DNA of 64,000 nucleotides from Candidatus Dormiibacterota bacterium. Its GTDB lineage: Bacteria > Chloroflexota > Dormibacteria > Aeolococcales > Aeolococcaceae. Below are positions 32,787 through 42,822 of this stretch, one piece after another. Each line of letters opens with the position of its first letter. Positions within the stretch are counted from its first letter, which is position 1. The stretch lies in NCBI GenBank assembly GCA_963777445.1, contig CAVZQR010000008.1, forward strand, positions 4,626 to 68,625. Direction: 5' to 3'. The notes under the pieces were generated by a model. It did not search any database, was not told the DNA's origin, and saw nothing but the letters and a program-made list of their open reading frames with translations. Made by a program: the position numbers and the translations under genes.

Positions 32787-33626
32787 TCAGATCGGGGCGC
32801 CGGTCACGAAGAAGAGCAGATGGGCGGGGACGACCCCCATCACGACACTGATGATCAGCACGTAGAGCATTGCCGTCGCCGGCTGGTTGGCGCGAATGCG
32901 CGCGAAGTGGCGCGTCAGCAGTGCCACACCGGTGGTGAAGACGATCCCGGAGCCCACTACCAGCAGCCAGAACGGGACGGCGTCACCCGACCAGAGCAGT
33001 TCGCCTCGGACCGTCGCGCCCGAGGTCACGATCACGAGCACGATCACCACAGCCTGGAGCGCGACGGCTATGAAGACGATGTCGATGGCGCGGCGAAGCG
33101 GACGGAAGGAGAGGTTGGGTGCCACCAGGTACCAGTGGCCGAGGAGCATCCCGGCCAGGGCGCTGCCGGACACCAGCGCGGCCGGGACGAATGCGACGAC
33201 GGCCGTACCCACACCGCCGAGCGAAGGGCCGAAGGCGGCCGCTGCTTTCACGATCGCGATGGCGCCGAACCCGATCGTGATCGCGCCCACCACCCGGCGC
33301 GCGACATCGGTCATAACCGAGCAGAAGAACGCGTACCCGAGCAGAGCGACGGTGAACGCGATCGACCAGTGGAACAGCGACGTCTGGGCACCGGACGGCA
33401 GGGGTGCCCCGAGCAGGGACGTGCCGGATGGCAGCAACGCCTCGATGAGCAAGTCGAGGGCCATGAGCCCGGCGCAGATGAGCGAGGTGGTGCCGACGAA
33501 CCCCCGCCCGACCTTGCCGACGAGGTCGACCCCGTAGGCCGCGAAGGTGGTGCCCGCCGCGACCTCGAGTAAGACAACGACCGTTGCGATGGGGGCAAGC
33601 GCGGGCAGCGACGTGGGGTCGGGCAC
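32787..33626 (-). CDS. hypothetical polytopic membrane protein
   Basis: The ORF is 279 aa with 7-8 hydrophobic helices and no recognisable family. Confidence 0.45.
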   Translation of the reverse strand: MPDPTSLPALAPIATVVVLLEVAAGTTFAAYGVDLVGKVGRGFVGTTSLICAGLMALDLLIEALLPSGTSLLGAPLPSGAQTSLFHWSIAFTVALLGYAFFCSVMTDVARRVVGAITIGFGAIAIVKAAAAFGPSLGGVGTAVVAFVPAALVSGSALAGMLLGHWYLVAPNLSFRPLRRAIDIVFIAVALQAVVIVLVIVTSGATVRGELLWSGDAVPFWLLVVGSGIVFTTGVALLTRHFARIRANQPATAMLYVLIISVVMGVVPAHLLFFVTGAPI

Positions 33627-33880
33627 CGCTCGATCCTACGGTGGTGGCGCTGCCCCACCGAGGCTGGAACCGCTCAGGGCGCGGGCGGGCGCCCGCTGAA
33701 CGGATCGAACCTCACCCCGGCGCCTGCCAGCACCGCTCGAACGGGTGGATGTCCCGCGGGTGACGGTTTCGCACATCGGGGTTCAATTCGATTTGGCTCT
33801 GCTAGGTTGGCCACGGATGGTCAGCGCACCTTCGACTCGGGCAATGCCCGTACCGATCCGCGCGGCCGCAGGTGTGAGCG

Positions 33881-34600
33881 GTGCCTGACCAGCGTTCGCT
33901 CCTCCGTGGCCGTCTCGCCGTCGCCATCGACGGTGTCGTCGACGTCGCGGCACGCCTGGGCCCGCCGATCACTCAGGCGACGGCCCCCCCGCCACCGCCG
34001 CCGCCGCCAGAGGTTGCCGGACGTCCCTGGACGCTCGCCGCGGCGATGGAGCCGGTTCCTTCTCCATCCACCGAACGCCTGGCGCCGCCAAGAGCAACCC
34101 TTCCGCTGCGGCCGCCCGAGCCCCCGCCCCCGCTGGAATACCAGCGCTCGAGAACCCCACTGGTGATCATCGGGTCGACTCTCGCCGGGTTCATCCTGAT
34201 CGCCATCATCGCGATCCGCCTGCTCCAGGGCGGGGCCGTGCCCCACGGTCCGGCAAGCTCGCCCAGCGAGTTCGCGCTCACCGGTGTCCGTCCGGTAGCC
34301 TCAGCGCCGGAGGTCGGTGGCGCCGCGCCGGTGACTCAGGTGTCCTTCCCCGCCAAGACCGCCGTGGTCGACATCGAGGTGAACTCGGGCGGCGCGGCAG
34401 GCCAGACGCCGGTCCGGGTCGTGGTGACGGCCGGTCAGCCGGCGCAGACCATCATCCAGAACGACTACGTGCTGAGCCCATCCGGGGACACGGTCATCCC
34501 GCTTGCCGCGCCGGGCGGCGCGTTCGCGCCGGGCGATTACTCGGTGACGATCACCGACAGGGGCGAACTCCTGGGGTCCACGTCGTTTTCAGTCCTCTAG
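33881..34600 (+). CDS. hypothetical single-pass membrane protein with proline-rich N-terminus
   Basis: A P-rich segment (PPPPPPPPE ... PPEPPPP) is followed by one TM helix (LVIIGSTLAGFILIAIIAI) and a C-terminal domain of about 110 aa. The architecture is the same as the 8043..9377 protein. Confidence 0.45.
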   Translation: MPDQRSLLRGRLAVAIDGVVDVAARLGPPITQATAPPPPPPPPEVAGRPWTLAAAMEPVPSPSTERLAPPRATLPLRPPEPPPPLEYQRSRTPLVIIGSTLAGFILIAIIAIRLLQGGAVPHGPASSPSEFALTGVRPVASAPEVGGAAPVTQVSFPAKTAVVDIEVNSGGAAGQTPVRVVVTAGQPAQTIIQNDYVLSPSGDTVIPLAAPGGAFAPGDYSVTITDRGELLGSTSFSVL

Positions 34601-34616
34601 CCCGCGCACCTCGGGA

Positions 34617-35603
34617 TCAGTAGCGGGTTCCCTCGGGCGCAGGCAGGGCATCGAGCTCCGCCATGTCCGCTGCGCCCAGCTCGATGTCGGCCGCCTCGGC
34701 GTTGTCCGTGAGGTACCTCGGGGTCTTGGTGCCGGGGATCGGCACCACGTGCGCGCCCTGGGCGAGCACCCAGGCGAGTGCGACCTGGGCGGGGGTGGCC
34801 CCGAGCCGATCGGCGATCTCGCGCACTCGGCCGACGATCACGAGGTTGGCGCGGAGCGCGTCCTGCTGGAAGCGGGGCAGGTCACGGCGGAAATCGTCCA
34901 TTGGCAGGTCCTCGAAGGACGAGAACCGGCCTGCGAGGAAGCCCCGGCCGAGCGGCGAGAACGGGATCAAGGCGATCTCCTGCTCCTTGCAGTACGGCAG
35001 CACCTCCGCCACCACGTCACGGGTCCACAGCGACAGCTCGGACTGCACCGACGTGACCGGGTGGACCGCCTGCGCTCGCCTGATCTCGGCCACGGTCACT
35101 TCGGAGAGGCCGATGTGGCGCGCCTTGCCGGCCGCAACCGTTTCCGCCATGGCCCCCCAGGTCTCCTCGATCGGAACCTCCGGGTCCACCCGGTGCAACT
35201 GGTAGAGGTCCACGTGATCGGTGCGCAGGCGTCGAAGGCTGTCGTCGATCGACTGGCGCACATGCTCGGGGCGGCCGTCGCGACCGGCACCTGGAGAGGC
35301 GGGACCGAAAGCGGCAGGCGAATTGGAGGCGCCCATGACCAACCCCACCTTGGTGGCCAGCACCGAGTGCTCACGCCAGCCGTCAGCCAGCGCTCGCCCG
35401 ACCAAATCCTCGTTGGTGAAGGGCCCATACGCGTCGGCGGTATCGATCAGCGTCATCCCCAGGTCGAGCGCCTGGTGGATCACCGCGATCGACGTGGCGT
35501 CGTCGCGGGGTGTCTCCATGTCGTAGCTCGCCGTCATCCCCATGCACCCGAGACCGATCACGCCAACCTGCGGCCCGCGAATTCCAAGTGTTGTGGTTCG
35601 CAT
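34617..35603 (-). CDS. aldo/keto reductase
   Basis: The ORF is 328 aa and matches the aldo/keto reductase family (IDTADAYG ... HIGLSE ... LIPFSPLGRGFL). Confidence 0.85.
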   Translation of the reverse strand: MRTTTLGIRGPQVGVIGLGCMGMTASYDMETPRDDATSIAVIHQALDLGMTLIDTADAYGPFTNEDLVGRALADGWREHSVLATKVGLVMGASNSPAAFGPASPGAGRDGRPEHVRQSIDDSLRRLRTDHVDLYQLHRVDPEVPIEETWGAMAETVAAGKARHIGLSEVTVAEIRRAQAVHPVTSVQSELSLWTRDVVAEVLPYCKEQEIALIPFSPLGRGFLAGRFSSFEDLPMDDFRRDLPRFQQDALRANLVIVGRVREIADRLGATPAQVALAWVLAQGAHVVPIPGTKTPRYLTDNAEAADIELGAADMAELDALPAPEGTRY

Positions 35604-35664
35604 CCTGTGCAGCTCCTCCCGCGACCAGCGACGTCGGTCGCCTGCCGGCGTCAGCAGGTACCGA

Positions 35665-36027
35665 TCAGCGCTCCACCGGAAGGCCGGCCTCGTCCCAGGC
35701 CTCGATCCCGCCGGTGACGTTGTATGAGTTCGGCCGCCCGAAGGTGCGCAGGTAGTCGACCGCGCGGGCGCTCCGACCGCCCATCCGGCAGTGCACGTAG
35801 ACGTCGCGGTCAGCCGGCACCTCAGCGAGACGCGCGGGCAGCTCCCCGAGCGGGATCAGCACCGAGCCGGGAATCCGCGCCTCGGCGTACTCCGAGCGCT
35901 CGCGCACGTCGACGAGCATCGCGCCGTTGGCGAGGGCCTCGCTCACTGCTTTGGGGGCGACCTCGGAGTTCTCGGGCATTCGCGGCAGTATAGAGGCGGC
36001 GATGGCGCCCTCAATGAGAGCGTCCAA
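35665..36027 (-). CDS. rhodanese-like sulfurtransferase domain protein
   Basis: The ORF has the active-site loop VHCRMGGRSARAV of the rhodanese fold. Confidence 0.75.
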   Translation of the reverse strand: MDALIEGAIAASILPRMPENSEVAPKAVSEALANGAMLVDVRERSEYAEARIPGSVLIPLGELPARLAEVPADRDVYVHCRMGGRSARAVDYLRTFGRPNSYNVTGGIEAWDEAGLPVER

Positions 36028-36050
36028 GCGCGTGTGAGCCTGCTAGGCTC

Positions 36051-37325
36051 GTGACCGTGAGCACGGTTGCCGCACCGGCGGTGGTGGACTCTCCCTGGCT
36101 GAACGCACAGCGCCAGTTCGACAACGCCGCCGAGATCCTCAATCTCTCACCGGGGTTGCGCGCTGTTCTGCGTGAGGTTCGACGGGAGCTTGTCGTCCGT
36201 TTCCCCGTGAAGATGGACGACGGCAGCGTCCGCATGTTCGAGGGATACCGCGTCCAGCACAACGTGACCCGAGGGCCTGCCAAGGGCGGGCTTCGATTCC
36301 ATCCGGCGACCGACATCGACGAGGTCAAGGCGCTCGCGATGTGGATGACCTGGAAGTGCGCACTCGCCAACCTGCCCTACGGTGGCGCCAAGGGCGGTGT
36401 GGCGGTCGATCCGTCAACGTTGAGCCACCGCGAGCTCGAGCGCCTCACCAGGAGGTTCGCCGCGGAGATCAGCGTTCTGGTCGGACCCGAGTCGGACATC
36501 CCGGCGCCGGATGTCAACACGACCGCCGAGATCATGGCGTGGATCATGGACACGCTCTCGATGCAGGCCGGCTACTCGGTCCCGGCCTCGGTGACCGGGA
36601 AGCCGCTCGAGATCGGCGGCAGCGAAGGCAGACCCAGCGCGACCGGACGCGGCGTGAACATCATCGCCATCGAGGCGTGCAAGCGGCTCGGGATGGAGCC
36701 CTCGCAGACGACCGTCGCGGTGCAGGGCTTCGGCAACGTCGGCAGTTGGGCGTGCCAGCTCATGCACGAATCCGGCTTCACCATCTGCGCGGTCGCGGAC
36801 GTGACCGGCGGAATCTATTCGAAGGACGGGTTGGACATCCCGGCACTGCTCGCCTACCGCCAGCTGCACGGCGGCGTCCAGGGGTTCCCGGGGACTGAGC
36901 CGGTCACCAACACCCAGCTCCTCGAGCTCGAGGTCGACCTCCTCGTCCCGGCCGCGATGGAGAATCAGATCACCGCGCGCAACGCGGGGAGGATCCAGGC
37001 CCGCCTGATCGTCGAGGGCGCCAACGGACCGACCACACCAGACGCCGATAGCATCCTCGAACGCCGCGGCATCACGGTGGTGCCCGACATCCTCGCCAAC
37101 TCCGGCGGTGTGACCGTGTCGTATTTCGAGTGGGTCCAGGATCTGCAGTCACTGTTCTGGGAGGAGGACGAGATCAACGTCCGCCTCAAGAAGATCCTGC
37201 AGAAGGCGTTCACCCAGATGTGCGACCAGGCCGATCGCCATCATGTGTCGTTGCGACTCGGCGCCTACCTCGTCGCCGTCAAGCGTGTCGCCGACGCCAC
37301 GGCTGTGCGAGGCATCTACCCGTAA
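36051..37325 (+). CDS. gdhA: glutamate dehydrogenase
   Basis: The ORF is 424 aa with the Glu/Leu/Phe/Val dehydrogenase signature (LPYGGAKGGV) and an NAD(P) Rossmann region (QGFGNVGS). Confidence 0.9.
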   Translation: MTVSTVAAPAVVDSPWLNAQRQFDNAAEILNLSPGLRAVLREVRRELVVRFPVKMDDGSVRMFEGYRVQHNVTRGPAKGGLRFHPATDIDEVKALAMWMTWKCALANLPYGGAKGGVAVDPSTLSHRELERLTRRFAAEISVLVGPESDIPAPDVNTTAEIMAWIMDTLSMQAGYSVPASVTGKPLEIGGSEGRPSATGRGVNIIAIEACKRLGMEPSQTTVAVQGFGNVGSWACQLMHESGFTICAVADVTGGIYSKDGLDIPALLAYRQLHGGVQGFPGTEPVTNTQLLELEVDLLVPAAMENQITARNAGRIQARLIVEGANGPTTPDADSILERRGITVVPDILANSGGVTVSYFEWVQDLQSLFWEEDEINVRLKKILQKAFTQMCDQADRHHVSLRLGAYLVAVKRVADATAVRGIYP

Positions 37326-37350
37326 GGGCGTCCCCGCCCCCGGCCTGGCC

Positions 37351-38664
37351 ATGAAGCTCCTCGATCGACTGCGCGCGCTCCCGCTGCCGGTCGGGACCAT
37401 CCCGGTCGCGTTGGGCCTCGGGCTTGCCGGCCTGATGCAGTACGGATTCCTGGTGGTGGCGGCGCGGGCGCTCGGCGCTGCTCGATTCGCGCCACTCTCC
37501 GTGTTCTGGGCGCTGCTCTTCGTGTGCGGCCCGGGATTCTTCCTGCCGCTCGAGCAGGAGACCGGCCGAGCGATCGCGGCACGCCGCGTGCGCGGCGAAG
37601 GCGGGCGTCCGGTGTTCGTTCGAGCGGCGATGCTCGGGAGCGTCCTGGCGGTGGTGCTGATCGTGGCCACGCTGGCAGCCGCGAGCCCGCTCGACCAGCA
37701 TGTCTTCAAGGGTGACCCGGCGCTACTGGCCGGGCTCGTCGGCGGCTTCGCCGCATATCTCTGCGAGTTCCTGGCCCGGGGCGCACTCGCGGGCAATGCC
37801 CGCTTCGGCGCCTATGGCGTCCTGCTCGGTGGTGAGGGCGCCCTGCGGGTTGCCTTCGCCGCCTTCCTTGCGGTCATCGGCGTCAAGACAGCCGGTCCCT
37901 ACGGGATATCTCTGATCGTCGCCTCCTTCGCGGCGATCGCGCTCGCGACGATCGGCAGGCGCGGGCTCCTGCGACCCGGGCCTCCGGCGCCATGGGGCGA
38001 GATCACCCACGCGCTCGGCTTCCTGCTCATCGCCTCGGTGTTCACCCAGCTCCTGCTCAGCGTCGGCGCCGTCGCAGTCCAGCTGCTCGCCACGCCCGCG
38101 GAGCAGACGGCTGCCGGCAGGTTCCAGCTGAGCCGGATCGTCGCCTACGTTCCGATCTTTCTGTTCCAGGCGGTCCAGTCAGCGCTCCTGCCCAAGCTCT
38201 CCACGCTGGCCACCGGCGGACGTCACCAGGAGTTTCAGGCTTTGCTGACCCGGCTGCTGCTCCTGATGACAGGTCTGGGCGCCGTCGCCATCGCGGGGTT
38301 CACGCTCCTCGGGCCGACGGTCACCCGCATCCTTTTCGGTCATGGATTCGAGCTCAGCAACCTCGACTTCGCGCTGCTCTCGGCCAGCGCGATCGGCTTC
38401 ATCTTCACCCAGATCTTCGGCTACGTCCTGATCTCGCTCTCCGGATACAGCCGGGTTGCGCTGGGGTGGACGTCGGGCGCCGTGGTGTTCTTCGCGGTCA
38501 CCGCGGTCGGCTCGTCCCTCTTCCTGCGCGTCGAGCTCGGGCTGCTCTGCGGCGCCATCGCCTCCACGGCGGTGATGGCGGCCCTGCTGCTTCCCCTGTT
38601 GCGAGAGCGCGGCGCTATCGAAACGGAGCTGCAAATTTACGATTTGGGAGGTCCTCCCGGCTGA
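37351..38664 (+). CDS. polysaccharide biosynthesis protein / lipid-linked glycan flippase (Wzx/MurJ-like)
   Basis: The reading from the ATG at 37351 (MKLLDRLRALPL) gives about 12-14 TM helices. Only spurious alternate-frame sequence lies upstream of this ATG. Confidence 0.65.
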   Translation: MKLLDRLRALPLPVGTIPVALGLGLAGLMQYGFLVVAARALGAARFAPLSVFWALLFVCGPGFFLPLEQETGRAIAARRVRGEGGRPVFVRAAMLGSVLAVVLIVATLAAASPLDQHVFKGDPALLAGLVGGFAAYLCEFLARGALAGNARFGAYGVLLGGEGALRVAFAAFLAVIGVKTAGPYGISLIVASFAAIALATIGRRGLLRPGPPAPWGEITHALGFLLIASVFTQLLLSVGAVAVQLLATPAEQTAAGRFQLSRIVAYVPIFLFQAVQSALLPKLSTLATGGRHQEFQALLTRLLLLMTGLGAVAIAGFTLLGPTVTRILFGHGFELSNLDFALLSASAIGFIFTQIFGYVLISLSGYSRVALGWTSGAVVFFAVTAVGSSLFLRVELGLLCGAIASTAVMAALLLPLLRERGAIETELQIYDLGGPPG

Positions 38665-38674
38665 GACTGCGGCA

Positions 38675-39634
38675 ATGGGTGCTCGTGCCCGCGTTGCGCT
38701 GGTCGGCGCCGGAGCGATGGGGGCCAACCACGCGCGCGTCATCGCCGAGTCCGAGGGCGCAGACCTAGCGGTCATCATCGACACCGATCCCGAGCGGGTT
38801 CGACCGCTGGCGGAGCGGCTTGGCTGCGACTTTGCCGAGGATCTCGACGCGGCCGCCGGTTGCGACGCCGTCGTGATCGCGACCCCGACGGCGTTCCACG
38901 CTCAGGCTGCGCGAGCGCTGCTGGAGCTCGGCAAGCCGATCCTCGTGGAGAAGCCGGTGACGCCGGACCTCGAGACCAGCCGGGCTCTCGTCGCCTGCGC
39001 GGAGCGCCGCGGCGTTCCCCTCATGTGCGGCTTCGTCGAGCGCTTCAACCCGGTCGTCGCCACCATGCGCAGCCTGCTCGACGAGGAGCCCGTCCACATC
39101 GTCGGACTCCGCCACTCCCCGGAGACGCCGCGCAGCACCCTGAGCGTCGTCTTCGATCTGCTCATCCATGAGATCGACCTCGCCCTCTGCTACATGGGCG
39201 GGGCGCGGCCGTCTCGCGTCTGCGGCGCCACCAGCACCGCGGGCCGCGATTCGATCATGGAGGTGGCCGACTGCCTCCTCCAGTTTCCCGATGGGGCGAT
39301 CGCGACCCTGTCCGCGAGCCGCGCCAGCCAGCGCAAGGTGCGATCGCAACTCGTCGCCACGTCGACGGCGCTCTACGACGTCGACCTGCTCCGCCAGGAC
39401 CTCACGGTGTACCGCCATCGCGCCCATGCGCAGGGCGTCGGGGCCGGCCAGGCGGCCGGGTATCGCGCCGAGACGGTGATCGACATCCCCTTCGTCCGCC
39501 ACACCGGCGAGCCGCTGGCGCTGCAGTTCGCTCACTTCCTCGACCTGGTGTCGGGACGCGCCGATGCCTGCGCCGAGCGCAACTCGATTCTCCCGGCTCA
39601 CGAAATCGCAGCGGCCATCGAGGAGTGCTCATGA
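38675..39634 (+). CDS. Gfo/Idh/MocA-family NAD-dependent oxidoreductase (UDP-sugar dehydrogenase-like)
   Basis: The ORF has an N-terminal Rossmann fold (VALVGAGAMGANHA) and an EKP motif (LVEKPV). Confidence 0.8.
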   Translation: MGARARVALVGAGAMGANHARVIAESEGADLAVIIDTDPERVRPLAERLGCDFAEDLDAAAGCDAVVIATPTAFHAQAARALLELGKPILVEKPVTPDLETSRALVACAERRGVPLMCGFVERFNPVVATMRSLLDEEPVHIVGLRHSPETPRSTLSVVFDLLIHEIDLALCYMGGARPSRVCGATSTAGRDSIMEVADCLLQFPDGAIATLSASRASQRKVRSQLVATSTALYDVDLLRQDLTVYRHRAHAQGVGAGQAAGYRAETVIDIPFVRHTGEPLALQFAHFLDLVSGRADACAERNSILPAHEIAAAIEECS

Positions 39635-40377
39635 GCGAACCGAGCGTCAGCTACGTGATCCCCGTCCACAACCAGATCGCCGATCTTCGCAGGACGGTGC
39701 GACTTCTGGTCGCCCGCCTCGGGCATCTGCCCGGGTCGGAGATCATCCTCGTCGAGAACGGATCCACCGACGGCTCCGGCCCGCTCTGCCTCTCGCTGGC
39801 GGCTGCCTGCGCAGGCGAGGACGTTGCGGTTCGGGTGACCACCTCGGCGAAGGGCCTCGGGTTCGCCTGGCGCCGGGGGATGGCGCTGGCTCGCGGTGAC
39901 ACCTTGGTCCTGACCGCCGCGGACCTGCCCTTCGGGTTCACGGACCTCGACGGCTACCTCGGGCTGAGCCCTCGCCCGCAACTGGTGATGGGATCCAAGA
40001 CCCATCACGAATCGCAGATCGAGACGCCGGTGGTGCGGCGCGCCATGTCAGCCGGGTTCGGACTCCTCCGAGCCGGCCTCATCGGGCTCGACATCGACAC
40101 CCAGGGATCCGTGCTGATCCAGCGCTCCCTGGTACAGATCCTGCTCCCGCGCCTGCGCGCCGGTGACTACCTGATCGGTGCCGAGATCAACATGTGGGCG
40201 GTTCACGAGGGCGTCATGCCCGTGGAGATCCCGGTGGTGTACACCGCTTCCGGCCGGTCCACGGTCTCGCCGCTGCGCGATTCGATATCCATGGCGGCCG
40301 GTCTCCTGGCCTTGCGCCGGCGCCTCGCGGAGGAACGGCGGCCCCTGCGCCACGCCGGCGAGGTGAGCGCCTCGTGA
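39631..40377 (+). CDS. glycosyltransferase family 2, polyprenyl-phosphate sugar transferase (ArnC/GtrB-like)
   Basis: The ORF reads VSYVIPVHNQ ... ILVENGSTDGS. Its ATG overlaps the oxidoreductase stop in an ATGA arrangement. Confidence 0.8.
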   Translation: MSEPSVSYVIPVHNQIADLRRTVRLLVARLGHLPGSEIILVENGSTDGSGPLCLSLAAACAGEDVAVRVTTSAKGLGFAWRRGMALARGDTLVLTAADLPFGFTDLDGYLGLSPRPQLVMGSKTHHESQIETPVVRRAMSAGFGLLRAGLIGLDIDTQGSVLIQRSLVQILLPRLRAGDYLIGAEINMWAVHEGVMPVEIPVVYTASGRSTVSPLRDSISMAAGLLALRRRLAEERRPLRHAGEVSAS

Positions 40378-41498
40378 CCGCAGTCCACGCCCCCGCGGAG
40401 GCGCGCATCCGAATCTCGGCTCCCCAGCTCGGACCGGCGGTCGAGGCCCTGGTCCTCGCGGTCCTGCGAAGTGGTCACCTTGCCCAGGGACCGATGGTCG
40501 AACGCTTCGAAGCGCTGTGCACGACGATGGCCGGCACCGCGCATGCGGTTGCCGTGGCCAACGGAACCGTCGCGCTCGACGCGGCGCTGGCCGTGCTCGA
40601 GATCGGTCCCGGCCAGGAGGTGATCACGTCGCCCTTCACCTTCGCCGCGACCATCAACGCGATCCTCCGCAGCGGGGCGTCGGTTCGCTTCGCGGACATC
40701 CGCGATGACTTCACGATCGATCCTGCGTCGGTTGCCGAACTCATCGGTCCGGCGACTGCGGCGATCGTGCCGGTCCATCTCTACGGCCTCCCCTGCGACA
40801 TGCGCCCGCTGATGTCGCTCGCCGCCTCGCACGGCCTCTCGGTGGTCGAGGACGCAGCCCAGGCGCACGCCGCGGCTGTCGACGGCCGGCGCGCTGGGAG
40901 CTTCGGGCTCGGCTGCTTCTCGTTCTACGCCACCAAGAACGTCACCAGCGGCGAGGGTGGCTGCATCACCACCGACGACGCGATGCTCGCCGAGCAACTC
41001 CGCACCCTTCGCAACCAGGGAATGCGCTCCCGGTATGATTACGCCATGATCGGCCAGAACTGGCGGATGACCGACGTGGCCGCGGCGATTGCGATTCCTC
41101 AGATGGAGCGTCTGGATGAGATCGTCGCGGCGCGCGGCGGCAATGCCGCCGTGCTGACGTCACTGCTCGGGAGCAATCCCGCAGTCACGACTCCCGTGGT
41201 GCCGCTCGGACGACGCCACGTCTGGCATCAGTACACGGTGCTGCTCGAGCCCGGTATCGATCGCGACCGCGTCGCCGCGGCGATGTTGTCAGATGGGGTC
41301 GACACCGGCGTGTACTACCCCGGCCTCGTCTGGGACCACGACGCCTACCGCACCCACCCCAACGTGCATCGAGACGACACCCCGCTCGCGCGCGAGTACA
41401 CATCGCGGTGCCTCTCGCTGCCGGTCCACCCGGGTCTGACCACGCGTGACCTCGAGCGCGTCGCCGCGAGCCTCGACCGCGCGCTGCTCGCCTGCTGA
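40374..41498 (+). CDS. DegT/DnrJ/EryC1/StrS-family PLP-dependent sugar aminotransferase
   Basis: The ORF has an active-site Lys region (SFYATKNVTSGEGG) and length and motifs typical of the family. A GTG start overlaps the GT2 stop in a GTGA arrangement. Confidence 0.85.
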   Translation: MTAVHAPAEARIRISAPQLGPAVEALVLAVLRSGHLAQGPMVERFEALCTTMAGTAHAVAVANGTVALDAALAVLEIGPGQEVITSPFTFAATINAILRSGASVRFADIRDDFTIDPASVAELIGPATAAIVPVHLYGLPCDMRPLMSLAASHGLSVVEDAAQAHAAAVDGRRAGSFGLGCFSFYATKNVTSGEGGCITTDDAMLAEQLRTLRNQGMRSRYDYAMIGQNWRMTDVAAAIAIPQMERLDEIVAARGGNAAVLTSLLGSNPAVTTPVVPLGRRHVWHQYTVLLEPGIDRDRVAAAMLSDGVDTGVYYPGLVWDHDAYRTHPNVHRDDTPLAREYTSRCLSLPVHPGLTTRDLERVAASLDRALLAC

Positions 41499-41511
41499 GG
41501 CGTGCCCGGCG

Positions 41512-42820
41512 TCAGTTGGAGGCCGTCGATTCGATGGCCGAGAGCAGTTCGTCGCCCTGGTCGGACGGTCCCACCAACGCCATGCGCACATCACCGATGC
41601 CGGAGGCGATCTCCTCCGCGATCGATTGCACCTCGGCGGCGGTGACGCGCATGATCGCCTCGGCTCGATCGTCAGGTGTCTCGAGCGGGAGGCCGGCGCG
41701 CCAGCGACTGCCGTAGAACCGCGCGCTCGCGATCGACGTCTCCGTCGAGCGCAGCAGGCGTCCGACCATGGCCGATTTCGCGGCGGCGAGCTCGTCGGCG
41801 GCAACGCGCTTCGAGGCGATCTTGCGGAACTCCTTGAAGGCGAGGCTCGTGGCTTTGCGCGCGTCCTTCGGGCGCGTCGCCGTGGCGATGGCGAAGAGCC
41901 CGGTGTCGTCAAAGCCGGCGTGATGCGCGTAGATGCTGTAGCAGAGTCCGTTACGCTCCCTGACCGTCTGAAACAAGCGCGACGACATCCCGCCGCCGAG
42001 CACGTGGGTCATGACCGAGAGCTGGGTGCGGCGCGGGTCGCTCGCCGGGATCCCGGGCACCGCGAACACCATGTGCACCTGCGGCTCCTCCTGGGCGGTC
42101 ACCGGCCTGACGTTCGCCGTGTAGCGATCACCGAGACCCCACCTGGCCTTCTTGCGAGGCCGTGGCTTCCCGCGAGGGACGTCCGCGAGCAACTCGAGCG
42201 CCTGGTCCTGGACTCATGGTCGCGCCCCCCGCGATCACCAGGCACATCGACGCCGGCGCATAGAACGCGCGATGGTAATCGGTGAGCTGCTCGCGCGTCG
42301 CCTTCTCGATGACCGCGGGGAACCCCGCGGCAGACCAGGACATCGGCTGGTCGCCGCCGAAGGCCACGGTTCCGAGCCGGTCCCAGATCCAGCCGTCGGG
42401 GTCGGCGAGCCGCATGGACAGCTCTTGGAGCACGACGTTGCGCTCGCGCTCAACCTCCTCCGCAGCGAAGAGCGGCCGGCTGAGCATGTCGCAGATCACG
42501 TCCGCAAGCTCGAGCATGGCGGTCGCCGGACCCTCCGCGAAGTACGCAACCTCCTCGGTGTCCGTGTACGCATTGGTGTTGGCGCCGAGACGATCGATCT
42601 CGCGCGAGATGATCTTCGTCGTGGGGCGGCGCTCGGTGCCCTTGAAGAACATGTGCTCGAGGTAGTGCGCCAGGCCTGAGGTCGCGGCCGACTCGTCGCG
42701 GGAGCCGGCACGAACGATGAGGAAGACCCCGGAATTCCGGCTCGCCGACGGCGCGTTGAGCAGGCTGACCCCATTGCTCAGCACTGTCAGCTCGGGACTG
42801 TACGGGACGTCCGCGGCCAT
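41512..42820 (-). pseudogene. M16-family zinc peptidase (pitrilysin-like), apparent frame break between the N- and C-terminal domains
   Basis: The N-terminal half (42128..42820) carries the HxxEH motif (HYLEHMFFKG). The C-terminal half (41512..42192) lies in another frame. The junction falls between IAGG and QDQALELLADV near 42200..42225, adjacent to a C6 run. Confidence 0.75.
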
Positions 42821-42822
42821 CG

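Noticed and set aside
33630-33880. GC-rich partial palindromes (cagggcgcgggcgggcgcccgctg) in the divergent intergenic region.
   Set aside because: These are short, imperfect dyads that are common in GC-rich DNA. They do not resemble the 120-nt repeat family.
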